DNA of 64,000 nt, taken from assembly GCA_043228905.1 (NCBI GenBank), contig JBHGNT010000001.1, forward strand, positions 21,390,001-21,454,000, given 5' to 3'. Source of the DNA: Azolla caroliniana. Taxonomy: Eukaryota > Plantae > Polypodiophyta. This document shows positions 10,021-22,849 of the stretch, piece after piece. How positions within the stretch are numbered: the stretch's first letter is position 1; each line of letters opens with the position of its first letter. The notes under the pieces are model-generated. The model had not been told where the DNA came from. It saw nothing but the letters and a program-made list of their open reading frames with translations, and searched no databases. The position numbers were made by a program, and so were the translations under genes.

Positions 10021-13000
10021 AGATCACCTTGCAGGAATGCATTCTTTACATCCATCTAATGTAGATGCCACCCCTTCGCCGTAGCTACGGCTAGTAGAAC
10101 TCGCACGGTAGTCATCTTCACGATAGGTGCAAAGGTCTCGTCGTAACCGACGTCGTGCTTCTGCACGTAGCCTTTTGCAACCAAACGGGCTTTACATCGG
10201 TTGACCGAGCCATTGGTGTTGTATTTCACCTTAAACACCCATCTGCATCCGATCAGCTTAATATCTTTAGGTGCGTCAATGAGGTCCCATGTCTCATTGT
10301 CCGATAATGCGCATATCTCTTCTTCCCTTGCGGCACGCCAGTTTGCGTCTTCCGCCGCTCCTACGTAGCTCTCCGGCTCACGCACTTCTGCCACTCATGT
10401 CATGTACGCGTAATAGTGCACCATGTATTCATTGTACCCATACCTCTTTACGGGGTTCTTCAAGCGGGTAGATCGGTGTAATTTGTGATTACCCGATTTC
10501 ACGACCTTTTCAGTTGATTTTGACCCCATCCGCGGAGGTTCCTTCTCGATTGGCCCGAAGTTAGATTTGCTCCGATTGGACTCGGCACTGCCAAAATCGT
10601 ATTCCGACATTTTCTTTTTCCCTTTTTCTTTACGCGTAAACTATCTCCTCAGTTCTTTATGCAGGGACAACACGGCCGAGTCTCCACTACTCGCTGACTC
10701 TTCATTTGGTTGGCCATCTTGGTCCAACTCCTCATTCGGCCTCCTTAGCCGAAATGAGATTGGACTCTCTGTCAAAGCTTTGATTTCCTCATCATGCGGA
10801 GGCAACTCGACCTCGCTTATCTCTTCTTTAGAATTCAGAATGGAGTAATAAGGTATAGGAGGTGAAGGCAAGTACCACGAAGCGGACTCATCGAATACGA
10901 CATCTCGGCTTACGCAAAATTCCTTTGTTCGGGGGTTATAGCACTTATACCCCTTCTGCTCGTCTGAATAGCTGACCAAGATACACTTCTCGGCTTTGGC
11001 ATCCAGCTTCCTCCTCTTCTCCTTCGGCACATGCACATACGCAATGTTGCCAAAAATCCTCAAGTGTGCCATGTTTGGTTTCTTTCCGAAATACAACTCG
11101 TGTGGCGACACTCCTCCATTAGCAGAAGTCCGATTCTCCTAATAAACAGTCGTCCTTACGGCTTCAGCCCAGTAAAACTTCAGAATATGCTTCTCTTCAA
11201 GCATTGCCTTGGACGCTTCTTCGATTGTCCGATTCTTCTGCTTGGCTACACCGTTCTGCTCCGACATATATCTACACGAGAATTCGCATCGAATTTCCTC
11301 CTTCTGGAGATAGCTCGTGAACTAGTCGGAGAAGTACTCCTTCTCGCCATTGGACCGTAGGCACTTGATCTTACATCCAGTTTCCCTTTCCGCAAGGCTC
11401 TTCACCTTCAGGAACCACGCGAAGACTTCGCTCTTTTTCGCAATCAAAGACGCCCAGGTGTGCCGAGTGAAGTCATCGATGAAGGTTACGAAATAACAGC
11501 TTCCACTGAGACTCACGTTCTGTGCCGGTCCCCATACATCCGAATGAATTAAGTCGAGCAGATTTCAACTCTGATTACGCTCGTTTGGGAACGGAAGTCA
11601 GTGTTGCTTCCCTAGTTGGCAAGCTTCGCAGACTTGGCCATTACGACCCCGAAATTTCGGCAAACCGAAAACAATGTTCTTCATCTGCATTTCACGAAGC
11701 TATGGGAAGTTAACGTGGCCGAACCACTTGTACCACAGGTCCATATCCGATTCAACTTTCTGTCCTTTCGCGAACATCGCGGTTCCGGCTTGGTTGGTGT
11801 CGAGGATGAACATCCTCCCTTCACGACGTCCTTGCGCGATAACTTGGCCTTCCTCTTCGATGTAGCACCCGAGTTGCGTGAATCGAATTTGCATCGCCTG
11901 GTTGACGATTTGACCGACTGACACCAAGTTTTTGGTTATTGTCAGGACATGCAACACGTTCATAAGTTTCCCTTTCTGCCTAACGTGGTTGAGAGGAACT
12001 TCTTTGACATGTTTGATGGTATGCAGACTGTCATCTCCCATTTCGACCAATCCTTGCTTTTCCGGTTTCTCCAAATACAAGAACCATTCCTCAGGACTCG
12101 TCATATGATTTGGCGCTCGGGAATCAACATACCACACCTTGCTCGATTTCGAGGTGTTCATGGCCATTAATTTGGCCTTATGCTTCATTACGAAGGTTGG
12201 GCCCGATCCATTTCCGGCTCGTTCGGAGCCTTCAGCATAGTGCGATTTCTGACGCCTTCCTGCGTCTCTTCCGCTCGATTCGGCTTTGTCCAAATTGGCT
12301 CTCTTCTTCCAGCACTCGCTCTCCCTATGGCCTTTCTTGCCACATTACCAAAATTCCATCACGGCCTTCTCTTGTCGTCTTCCGGCACGGCTATGACTCC
12401 CCCTACTTCCGGAGGGTTCAAAATTGCTTCTGGCATATCGATTATGCCGCACGTTCTGCTCTTTTTGGCAGCCTCCACTGCATGCCGATCCTACTTGTCC
12501 GCCATGACCACGGGGCCTGTCTTCCTCTGTGTACAATATTCTGTTGTTGGTGTGCGTACTCATGGAAGCACCCACATGATTTTCCTCCACGAGCAACATC
12601 GACTGAAGCTCGAAGAACGAAGGCATAATCTCCCTTGTGCAGACCGCCGTTCGGATCGCTCTGAACTTTGACGCTAACCCACCAAGACACACCTGCACCA
12701 TTTTTTCCTCCTCGACATTCACGTTGACGGAGGGGAGAGAGTCGCAAATGGCCTTGATTCAGGCCGTGTAATCGTCCACAGACAGATCTTTCTATCGGAC
12801 ATTGTTGAGCTCCTGCTTGAGCTGCAGCTTACTGGCCGTTGTGCTAGCGGCGAAAATCCTCTTGAGATTCGCCCATGCATCCTTTGGCATCTTAGCATCC
12901 CGAATGTAGCTCAAGAGTTGGTTGCTCACATAGGACACGAATCAGTAAAGGACTATGCTTGCCGCTTGTTCCCAAGCCGAAAAATCTCTGTGTCGATTCG

Positions 13001-13345
13001 GGTGCTGCTTCATTAGCTCCATCAACATAACTCTAGTAACCATGACCAAGCAGATACTGGTGCATCTTGTATGACCAAGATGCGTAGTTGCTCCTGTCGA
13101 GCTTCTCAGTCGGTAGCGAGCTTCCCATTCCTCTATCCATACTGTTGTGTTATCGCTTCCGAAAAAAAAACAATAACTTAACTCTGTCTTTATCGCAAGC
13201 TTTTCTGTCGGCTGTAGAGGAGTCTCAACCCTTGCGCTCTGATACCATGTGAAAGAATACGTGTGCGGAAGCATATGTGTAAGACACTAAGTACACAGTT
13301 CGGAATTACGACAGTTCGATAAAATACAGAAATCACAGAGAAGGA

Positions 13346-13382
<37 letters not shown>

Positions 13383-16300
13383 AAATGTAACTATATTCAA
13401 ATAATTCTTTGTATGTTCTCTATACATATTTGGTGCTCAGTGAACACCTTTTATGCAAGCCCTGACAATCGGGCTGACATGAGTAGTTACAGTACTTGAC
13501 TACTCATAAATGAGCATCCTACACTTACCCCCAAAATTATTCATTACGAGGAATAACATTCTAACAGCCTCTCAGTTTACATACTGGTACGACCATATTT
13601 TACGCAACGAGTCCACACATTGGGTTACGCACCCGTTTACGTTCCCAATGTTGAGCTTGTCTCCCAACACTTCCATTTTAATTGTGAGCACTAGTTGATC
13701 ATCGTTGAATTCCTCAAGGAGGGTTCTGATGGCCGTGGTGTGTGTGCACGCCAAGGCTTGGAATTCCTCGGTGAGGTCTTCATGGAGGATCTGAATGCTT
13801 TTCTTGTCCATTTTGTAAAACCCGCGACCCTCCTTTTGTCGATTTTCGGCATCCGCTCAGAAGACTTGTAATTCGGCTGCTTAAGCCAACAATTCGTTCC
13901 AACCTTGAGTGAGTGCCATTGTGACCTTGTCGTTCAGATTCTTCCAATGTTTCATAACAAAAACTTTCACTCGTTCTTCGCCCACTGTATATTTGGCATG
14001 GAGTGTGTCCATTGCCTCTTGGGCGATCGCGATGTTGGGTTCGAGTTGAGCTATCCGGAGTTGGTACGAGGTGTTGTGTCCGGCAACCTTTGCCTCCATA
14101 AGTTCTGTATGTTGTTCATACTTTCGGAGGATCCGATTCTTTTCCTCTTCTAACTCTTGCTGGTATTGTTCCCATTCCCGTTCCCAGTCTTATTGTGCGG
14201 AGGTTGGTAGTGTGTGGAGGGATTCTGACAATATATGTCTTTCTTGCTCCGACTCTTCCAACATTTGAAGCTGTTGACTGAAGTGTTGCTGGAGTTCCGT
14301 GTGTTTGTTTTGGAGAATACTGAGTTGGTCATTTGTTATGGTGGAAGCCCATCGATACCCCTCAATATCATGAATTTTGGATGCTGATGCATTGTTTGCC
14401 GTTCGAAGGGCCAGCGCGCCTTGTGCTTCCATCTCATGGAGCTGGGCGATGACTAATTGAAGGTTCTCTACCAAGGAGTCCCCTTGGTTTTTCTCTTTGC
14501 TACATCATTGCAGCTGACGACGTTTCTTTGTAGGGCTTGGTTGTGAGGATGTCTTCTCCGCATCCACTGCATCCTCTCGAAGCCGTTTAGGCCATCCACG
14601 GATGGTTTCGGTTGTCTGGGTCTCCTCTTGGAGGTCTTGTTTGTTGAGAGCAGATATGCATGGAAGAACGTTTGCAGACCTGTCAGTTATGCACAATAGA
14701 CAACACAGATAGTATGTCAAAGGAAATGGTAAATAGACAAGTTCAAAGCTTTTATGGAGGCTTTCATTATTTCTGTTCTCTCTCTCTCTCTCTCTCTCTA
14801 CAAGACTCAAGATCTTGGAGTGACAAAATGGGCAATGAATTCGCATATTGCATTCCACCGCAGAATGTCCGGAGTTGAGACAGATCGTGCACTGAATAGC
14901 CTGGCGGAAGCGGGGTTCCTCGTCCTGAGGCAACGCCTAGCGTAACGACGACATGGAAAATCCGGCATCTTCTTCTTCCAATTCGAGTTGTAATGCTCAC
15001 TCGATAACCATATCAGTTGTTTCCCCTTTCGCACTATGCATGTTCAACGTCGTTCTGATAGGTCGTCAGAGGGCTACCAAAAATGTCTCCTTAGCTTCCT
15101 CATCTGTTGGGGCCGTGTAAGCTGTCGTCGTAGACTAAAATCCGCGACGGATTCTATTGGCGATTGCTTGATGGTGTAAAATCTGCGACGGATTCTCGTT
15201 GCGGTACCCTTCTATGGAAAAATCGTAAAAATGTTGATTGCAACTGATCGAATGTCATGATTGCTGCCAGGTCCATCTGAAAGTGCCAGCACGCCGCTCT
15301 ACCATCCATAGTTAATCCGAACTCTGCAATCTTCGATTCGTGCGCTTCCACTTCTGAAAGCCGTTGCGCAATGTGATTAGCGTTCCAAACATTCAGGAAT
15401 AGCCGGATGTGGCTTGCGGCGTCTGTTTCGCTGTTCAAGCGTGGATAGGAGAAGGACATTCCAGATGCTATGGTGAGCAGGGGAAGACCACGGTTCTCAT
15501 GTGGTGACAGGACTTCCTTCTTGATGTCACGGTGTTCTGTGAGCATGGAGTCGACTTTGTAGTCCTGAAAGGAATAGTTAAGGCGAGGTTTTTGCTTTGC
15601 GCACTCCTCTGTCTAGCATGTGATGGACCTCATGAGTGGTCGGTCTTGCCGCATCGGTTCTCTAGGTCATCTACGGCTACACATCCATCCCTTGTTGTTC
15701 GTCTGTGAGAAATCACAGATCACCAAGCGTGCCAAATGTGTTACCGATATGGAACACTATCTATCTTCAGTCCTTCGAGATAGACCTCAAGGTGATTGTG
15801 TTGCAAGGTATGACGCCACACGAGACGTGAGCCGTAATCCGTTAGTTGCGTAATAATGCGTATCTATGGGTGAAGGTTCACGGCTAGGACCGAGAACCTG
15901 GGTGCACTACTACGCTAACTCTTACGCTATGCTTACAGAGACGCATTTACGAATAGCACAGAGATTACACAAGACAACACGGGTTGCACAGACACAGAAA
16001 ATCAGAGAAGATAAGATTCTATTAGAAAAAAACCTCACGCTAAAAAATTACACGGTCCCCCTTACTGAGGATTTCTACCCTTTATATACACAGTGCGTTC
16101 AGCTAGTCACGCTTTTCGCGTGAACCGTTACATCTCTTTCTTTTATGCCAACAAACTCCGTCGTAAAAGGACTACTCTTTCTAATAACAATTGTATGGGG
16201 TTATCTCCCCTGGTAAGCCTACATTACAATTTTAATCTAAACTTCTTTCCATTGCAAGAATGCAGTGTTTTAAAGAGGGGAGTATGTTACGGGCATGACC

Positions 16301-16537
16301 ATATAATATCCCATGGTCAGAATTTACTGTAGTATTCTATACACATGGATAAGTGTGAGGGTTAAACAAGAGTGTAAAGAAGGGGAGGATTACTTTTAAT
16401 CCTCGAGATTGAGACAACCCATTAGGCCAAGTGTGAACATGGTTGGGGGTCTTGGGTATCGCTATAAATGTTACATGTCGTTCGGCATATAGTCGAGTCA
16501 GTAGGGATACAATCGATATCTAGCCTGATTCGGGTTG

Positions 16538-18849
16538 TCATCTGTATCGGTTTCTTCGACTTGGTCGGATCTTCAACTTACCTTCTATGCCTTGTTCATA
16601 TTTCTTCTGCTCGGTTGCTTGTCTTAGTCCCATATTTGTCCTCAATGATCCAAAACGTTGATCTGGGAGTGGCTTTGACATGCAATTGGTGATGTTCACC
16701 TCGGTCTCGATCTTTCGGACTTTGAGCTTCTTCTCGGTTACAAGCTCCCGGATATTATGATACCACACCTCAATATGCTTTGTCTTCACATTATAGACAT
16801 GATTGTTGATGAGGTGTATTGTGCTTTGTACGTCGCAGTAAATGGTCGGCACTGGATGGTCAATTCAACTTGTCGCTGAGAAGTTGGCTGACAGTCGGTG
16901 CAACCACATTGCTTCCTTCGCTGCCTCTGATGCTACTATGTACTCGGCCTTTGTGGTAGACAGAGCCATGCACTCTTGCAATTTCAACCTCCATGATATG
17001 GCACCACCACCGTAGGTGCATATGTAGCTAATGTTGGCTTCCGATTGTCCTAATTCCCGGCGTAGTCAGAGTCGGTGTAGCCTTCGACTTTGGTTGGATT
17101 TGTGGATCCGAAAGTCAAATGTGCATCTTTGGTTCCTCTTAGGTACCTGAAGATGTGCTTCACGGCCTCCCAATGCGTTTGTCCTGGGTTTGACATGTAC
17201 GGGTTGACAACCCCTACGACATACGCAAGGTCGGGTCGGGTCGCCACCATTGTGTACATGATACTTCCTACAACAGATACGTGGGGTATCTTTCCATTAA
17301 GCTCTTTCTCCTTGTCCGTCGAAGGAGAGTCTTTGCCTGATAGTCGGAAGCGGTGTTGGTGTTGGCTTCATGTTCTCTATATTGAAGCGCTTCAACACTT
17401 TGCAGATGTAGTCGGACTAGGAGAGTCGGAGAGTCTTTGTTTTCCAATTTCACTCTATCCTCATGCCCTATATATGTCGGGCTTGTTCAAGTTCCTTCAT
17501 CACAAACTTGTCGTGAAGACTCCACTTTAGCTTTCCGATTTCAGCTTGATTGCTCCCTATAATCAACATGCCATCGACGTATAAGATCAGATAGATTTGG
17601 GACTCGTCAGCCAGTTGCCGAGTATATAGACATGGGTCAGACCAGTTGTGGCCGAGTTGTCGGATGTAGGAGTCAAACTTTTGGTACCACATCCTCGGTG
17701 CTTGTTTTAAGCTGTAAAGGCTTTTTCTTTAATCGACATACAAGGTGACCTTCCTCCCTCATCGCCATAAAGCCTGCCGGTTGAGACATGTAGATGTCTT
17801 CTTCGTGATCTCCATGTAGGAACACCGTCTTTACGTACATCTGCTCAAGCTCTAGGTCTTCTATCGCCACGACCCCTATGAGGATCCGAAGGGTGGTCAT
17901 CTTGACTACTGGTGAGAATATCTTGTCGTACTCGACCCCATGTTCCTGTTTGAATCCTTTTGCGATGAGCTGAGCATTGTGCTTGCGATTCTCTGAGTCA
18001 GATACATATTTGTATTGGAATACACATTTGCAAGGTAGCGACTTTCTTCCTGCTGATACATATTTGTATTGTTCTGATGAAATCGAGTTCATCTCGGATC
18101 TCATGACTTGGAGCATGTATCAACATCTGATGCACCTATAGCTTCTTTGTATATGCTTGGTTCACCTGCATTGGCATAGTTGACATAATCAAGGCCCGGT
18201 TGATTGAACTATGTTGGCCTTCTAACTTATCTGAATCTCCTAAGTACTGATTTTGTTGGTTCGATTTCTTCAGTTGACTCGATCGACCGATCGGTAATGC
18301 TTGAATCGTCTTCAAGAGTCATGTTAGTTGACTCACCCCTATAGTAGGGTTTGGGTGATGTCATGGCATCCCCCCTTCTTCTGGATCAATTGACTTGGAG
18401 GTAGAAGTCTTAGCCGACTTGGTTCTGTTTTTGCCTTTGGACTTGGGTGTCTCGTTCAGGTCGACTCTGTTTCCAACTTGCATCTTGTTGACTTTGCCTT
18501 TTTTTTCTTTGATGCCTTTGTCTTCGAGTTTCACTAGTGGATCTCCTATAGATTCAAAGTCGGTAGGAGTGTTGTCGTCTTGGTCGAGTTCAACAGTTTG
18601 TCAAATCTCTGATTCGGCCAATGGGTTGGTTCCTCACAGAGAGAATAGAGTCTTCATTGAAGACTACATCACTACTCCGGATCAAATTCCGGTTCTCTGG
18701 GTCCCATTGCCTACAGCTGAATTCCCCATCGGTTCCATAACCAAGAAATATGCATTTTGTTGCATGGGGTGCCAACTTGGTCCTTTTCTCCCTGGGGATG
18801 AATGCGTAGGCTTCACACCCAAATATACGAAGCCTATCGTAGGTCGGAT
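16538..18849 (-). pseudogene. Ty1/copia fragment B (integrase C-term, RT, RNaseH), heavily degenerate
   Basis: LRIFGCEAY..KCIFLGY, FSPVVKMTT, TRPDLAY, YTDSDYAG and KTKHIEVWYH; cut at 18849 by the LTR of copia C. Confidence 0.85.
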
Positions 18850-21800
18850 TGTTGAGAGACAAGCTCAACATTCGGTGCGTAATGGGGTGTGTAACCCAAT
18901 GCGTAAACTGGGTGCATAAAACTGTGCGCACAATAGGCCGTAGCGGTGCGTAAACCAAGAGGCCGTTAGGAAGTTATTCCACGTAAGGAATAATTTTGAG
19001 AGTTAGTGTAGTAGGCTCATTTATGAGCAGTCAAGTACTGTCAGTACTTGTGTCAGCCCCAAAATAGTCAGGGCTTTTATAAAAGGTGCTCACTGAGCAC
19101 GAAGTATGTATAGACTAAGAATTATTTTGAATAGAGTTGTGTGTCTGCTCTCTCTCTCTGTCTCTCTGTCTCCCTCTCCATCTCTGTGTTTTCTATGTTT
19201 ACCGAACTGTGTACTCTGTGTTTACGCAAACGCTTCCGCACACGTATTCTTTTACATGGTATCAGAGCGCAAGGGTTGAAGTCCTCTACAGACAACAAGA
19301 AAAGCTTGTGACAAAACAAAGTTAAAATTGTTCTTCGTTTTTTTTCGGAAATGAAAAAGACAACAATGGACAGAGGTATGGGAAGCTCACTACCGACTGA
19401 AAAGCTAGACAAGAGCAATTACGCATCTGGGTCGTACAAGATGCACCAGTACCTACTCGGTCACGGCTAGTGGAGTTATGTCGAAGGAGCTAATGATGTA
19501 GCACCCGATTCGACACACAGAGATTTTTCGGCTTGGGAACAAGCGGCAAGAAGAGTTCTCTATTGCTTTGTGTCCTGTGTGAGCGACCAGCTATTGAGCT
19601 ATATTCGGGATGCTAAGATGCCAAAGGACGCATGGGAGAATCTCAAAAAGATTTTCACCGCAAGCACAACGGCCAAGAAGGTGCAGCTCAAGTAGGAGCT
19701 CAGCAATGTCTGGGAGAAAGATTTGTCTGTGGCTGATTACACGGCCCAAATTAAGGAAATCTATGACTCACTCACCTCCGTCAACGTGAACGTCGAGGAG
19801 GACGAGATGGTGCAAGTGTGCCTTGGTGGGCTAGCGTCCAAGTTCGGAGCTTTCCGAACGGCGGTCTGTATGAGGGAGAATACACCTTTGTTTTTCGAGC
19901 TTCAATCGATATTGCTCGTAGAGGAAAACCACGTGGGTGCGTCGACGACTAGGCACGCTGACGGCAAGATGTTGTATACGGAGGAAGATAGACCCCATGG
20001 TCATGGTGGACGAGGCGGATTGGCATGCAATGGAGGCGGCTGACAAGAGTAGAACATGCGGCATAATCGAAATGCCAACAGCAGTTCCGGACCCTCCACA
20101 AGCAGGGGGAGTCATGATGGCGCAGGAAGCCGGCAAGAGAAGGCCGCGTCGAAATGCTAGTATTGTGGCAAGAAAGGCCACAAGGAGAGCGAGTGGTAGA
20201 AAAACAGAGCCAATTCGGACAAAGTTGGATCAAGCTGAAGAGACGTAGAGATGCGTCACAAATTGCACTACGCAGAAGGCTCTTAACGAGCCGAAAACAA
20301 ATCGGGACCCAGCCTTCGTAATGAAGCATAAGGCCAATTCTATGGTTGTGAACACCTTGAAATCGAGTGAGGTGTGGTATGTTGATTCCAGAGCGTCAAA
20401 TAATATGACAAGTCACGAGGAATGGTTCTTGTACTTGGAGAAACCGGAATCGCAAGGAGTGGTCAAAACGGGAGACGACACTCCGCATACCATCGAACAT
20501 GTCGACAAAGTTCCCCTCAGCCACGTCGGGCAGAAAGGGAAACTCATGAACATGTTGCACGTCCCGACAATAATGAAGAGCCTGGTGTCGGTCGGTCAGA
20601 TCGTCAACTAGGGAATGCAGGTTCGATCACGCATCTCGGCTGCTTCATAGAAGAGGAAGGCAAAGAATCACGTAAGAGCGCCGGGAAGGGAGGATGTTTA
20701 TCCTTGAAACCAACAATGTGGGCACCCCTATGTTTGCGAAAAGGCAGAAGGTCGAGTCGGACATCGACCTGTGGCATAAGCGGTTTGGCCATATTAACTT
20801 CCCGTTGCTTCGTGAAATGCAGATGAAGAACGTTGTATTCGGCTTGCCGAAATTTTGAGGCCGGAATGGCCAAGTCTGAGAAGCTTGCTAGATGGGAAAA
20901 CAACACCGACTTCCATTCCCCAACGAGCGTAATCGTAGTCGAAGTCCATTGGATTTGATCCATTCAGATGTGTGGGGTCCAGCATAGAACGTGAGTCTCG
21001 GTGGAAGTCGTTACTTTGTAACCTTCATCGACGACTTCACTTGGCACACATGGGCATGCATGATCGCGAAGAAGAGCGAAGTCTTCGCATGTTTCCTGAA
21101 GGTGAAGAGCCTCACGGAAAGGGAAACAAAGGCACAAGATCAAATGCCTACGGTCCAATGGTGGGAAGGAGTACTTCTCCGACTAGTTCACGAGTTATCT
21201 ACAGAAGGAGGGAATTCGGCGTGAATTCTCGTGTAGATATACGCCGGAGCAGAACGGCGTAGCCGAAAGTAAGAATTAGACGATTGAAGAAGCGGCCACA
21301 GCAATGCTTGAAGAGAAGCATATGCCGAAGTTCTATTGGGCCGATGCCGTGAGGACGGCTGTCTATCTGCAGAATCAGACTTCTGCTAATGGAGGAGTGT
21401 CACCAAATGAGCTATATTTCGGAAAGAAGCCGAACTTGACACACTTGAGGATTTTCAGCAGCATCGCATATGTGCATGTGCCGAAGGAGAAAAGGAGGAA
21501 GCTGGTTGTCAAAGCCGTGAAATGTATCTTGGTTGGCTATTTAGATGAGCAGAAGGGGTATAAGCGTTACAACCCCCGAACGAAGGAAGTACGCGTAAGC
21601 CGAGATGTCGTGTTCGACGAGTCCGCTTCGTGGTACCTGCCTTCACCTCCAATACCTCACGACTCCATTCCAAATTCTGAGGAAGAAGTCAGCGAGACTA
21701 AGATGCCTCTGCATGATCAGGAAATTGGAGCTCTGAGAGAGAGTCCAATCTCATTTCGGCTAAGTGGGCCGAATGAAGGGTTGAGCCGAAATGGCCAACC

Positions 21801-22849
21801 TATTGAAGAGACGGCGAGTAGTGCAGAGTCAACCATGATGTCCCTACATAATGAACCGAGGAGACGGTTTACGCACAAGAAGAAGGGCAAGAAGAAAATG
21901 CCGAAGTACGATTTCGACAGCGCCAAGTCAATTCGGAGCGAATCTGACATCAATCCGATCGTAAAGGAACCTCCGTGGAAGAGGTCAAAATCGGCCGAAA
22001 AGGTCATGAAATCGGGTAATCATGAATTACGCCGATCTACCCACCTAAAGAACCCCATGAAGAGATATGGGTACAATGAATACATGCTGCACCATTACGC
22101 GTACATGACGCGAGTGGCGGAAGTGTGTGAGCTGGGGAGCTACGCAGAAGTGGTGAAAGACACAAATTGGTGTGCCGCAATGGAGGAAGAGATGTGCGCT
22201 TTAACGCACAATGAGACGTGGGACCTGGTTGACGCACCAAAGGGTGTGAAGCCGATTGGATGTAGGTGGGTGTACAAGGTCAAATACAACACGAACGGCT
22301 CTGTCAACCGATATAAGGCCCGATTAGTTGTGAAAAGCTAAGCGCAAAAGCACAGCGTGGATTACGATCAGACCTTCGCGCCAGTCGCGAAGATGACTAC
22401 CGTGTGTGTCCTACTAGTCATAGCAGTGGCGAAGGGGTGGCATATTAATCAAATGGATGTAAAGAACCCGTTCCTGCAAGGCGATCTTGAGGAACAGGTG
22501 TACATGGTACAGCCTACCGGATTTGTATCCGAACAGAACACTTCGGCACTTTGCCGACTGAAGAAGTCACTTGACGGACTCAAGCAAGCCCCACGAGCTT
22601 GGAACGTAGAGATTATGCAACGGTTGAGTAAGATGGGGTTTTTGACGTTGAAGTCTGACTCTTCATTATTTGTTCGGCAAGGTCAACACGACTTGGTAAG
22701 CCTTCTGTTATATGTTGACGATTTAATCATCGCCGGTGCCGACCTAAACGAAATCCGCTGTGTAAAGTCTCAACTTGTGGCATCATTTGAAATGAAGGAT
22801 CCTAGAGACCTTCATTACTTCCTTGGGATCAAAGTGATCCGTACCCCCG
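18850..22849 (+). mobile_element. Ty1/copia element C (same family as A), 3'-truncated
   Basis: 5' LTR 18850-19256 homologous to the A LTRs; PBS-Met 19257-19268; gag-PR-INT-RT up to YFLGIKVIR, then an unrelated LTR. Confidence 0.92.

Larger units (their letters stand above)
5029..13669 (-). mobile_element. Ty1/copia element A, full length but degenerate, with Penelope-like insertion
   Basis: LTRs 13248-13669 and 5029-5426 (TG..CA); 5-bp TSD CTTCC at 5024-5028 and 13670-13674; PBS-Met tggtatcagagc 13236-13247; PPT 5427-5435; domain order gag-PR(WYVDS)-INT-RT(YVDD)-RH(TKHIEVHYHF). Confidence 0.95.
4580..16189 (-). mobile_element. Tat/Ogre-like non-autonomous gypsy remnant (LTR, gag, coiled-coil ORF, no pol), interrupted by copia A
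   Basis: LTR 15739-16189 with TGTTA..TAACA ends; PBS-like tggcacgc at about 15727-15734; gag-like ORF 15154-15546 plus CTICLNSGHSAVEC knuckle near 14880; decayed helical ORFs 13670-14600 continuing at 4580-5028. Confidence 0.6.

Noticed and set aside
10021-10042. Start codon of the 569-aa ORF
   Set aside because: These bases are copia RT (NAFLQGDL) read in another frame, so the true PLE start is missing.
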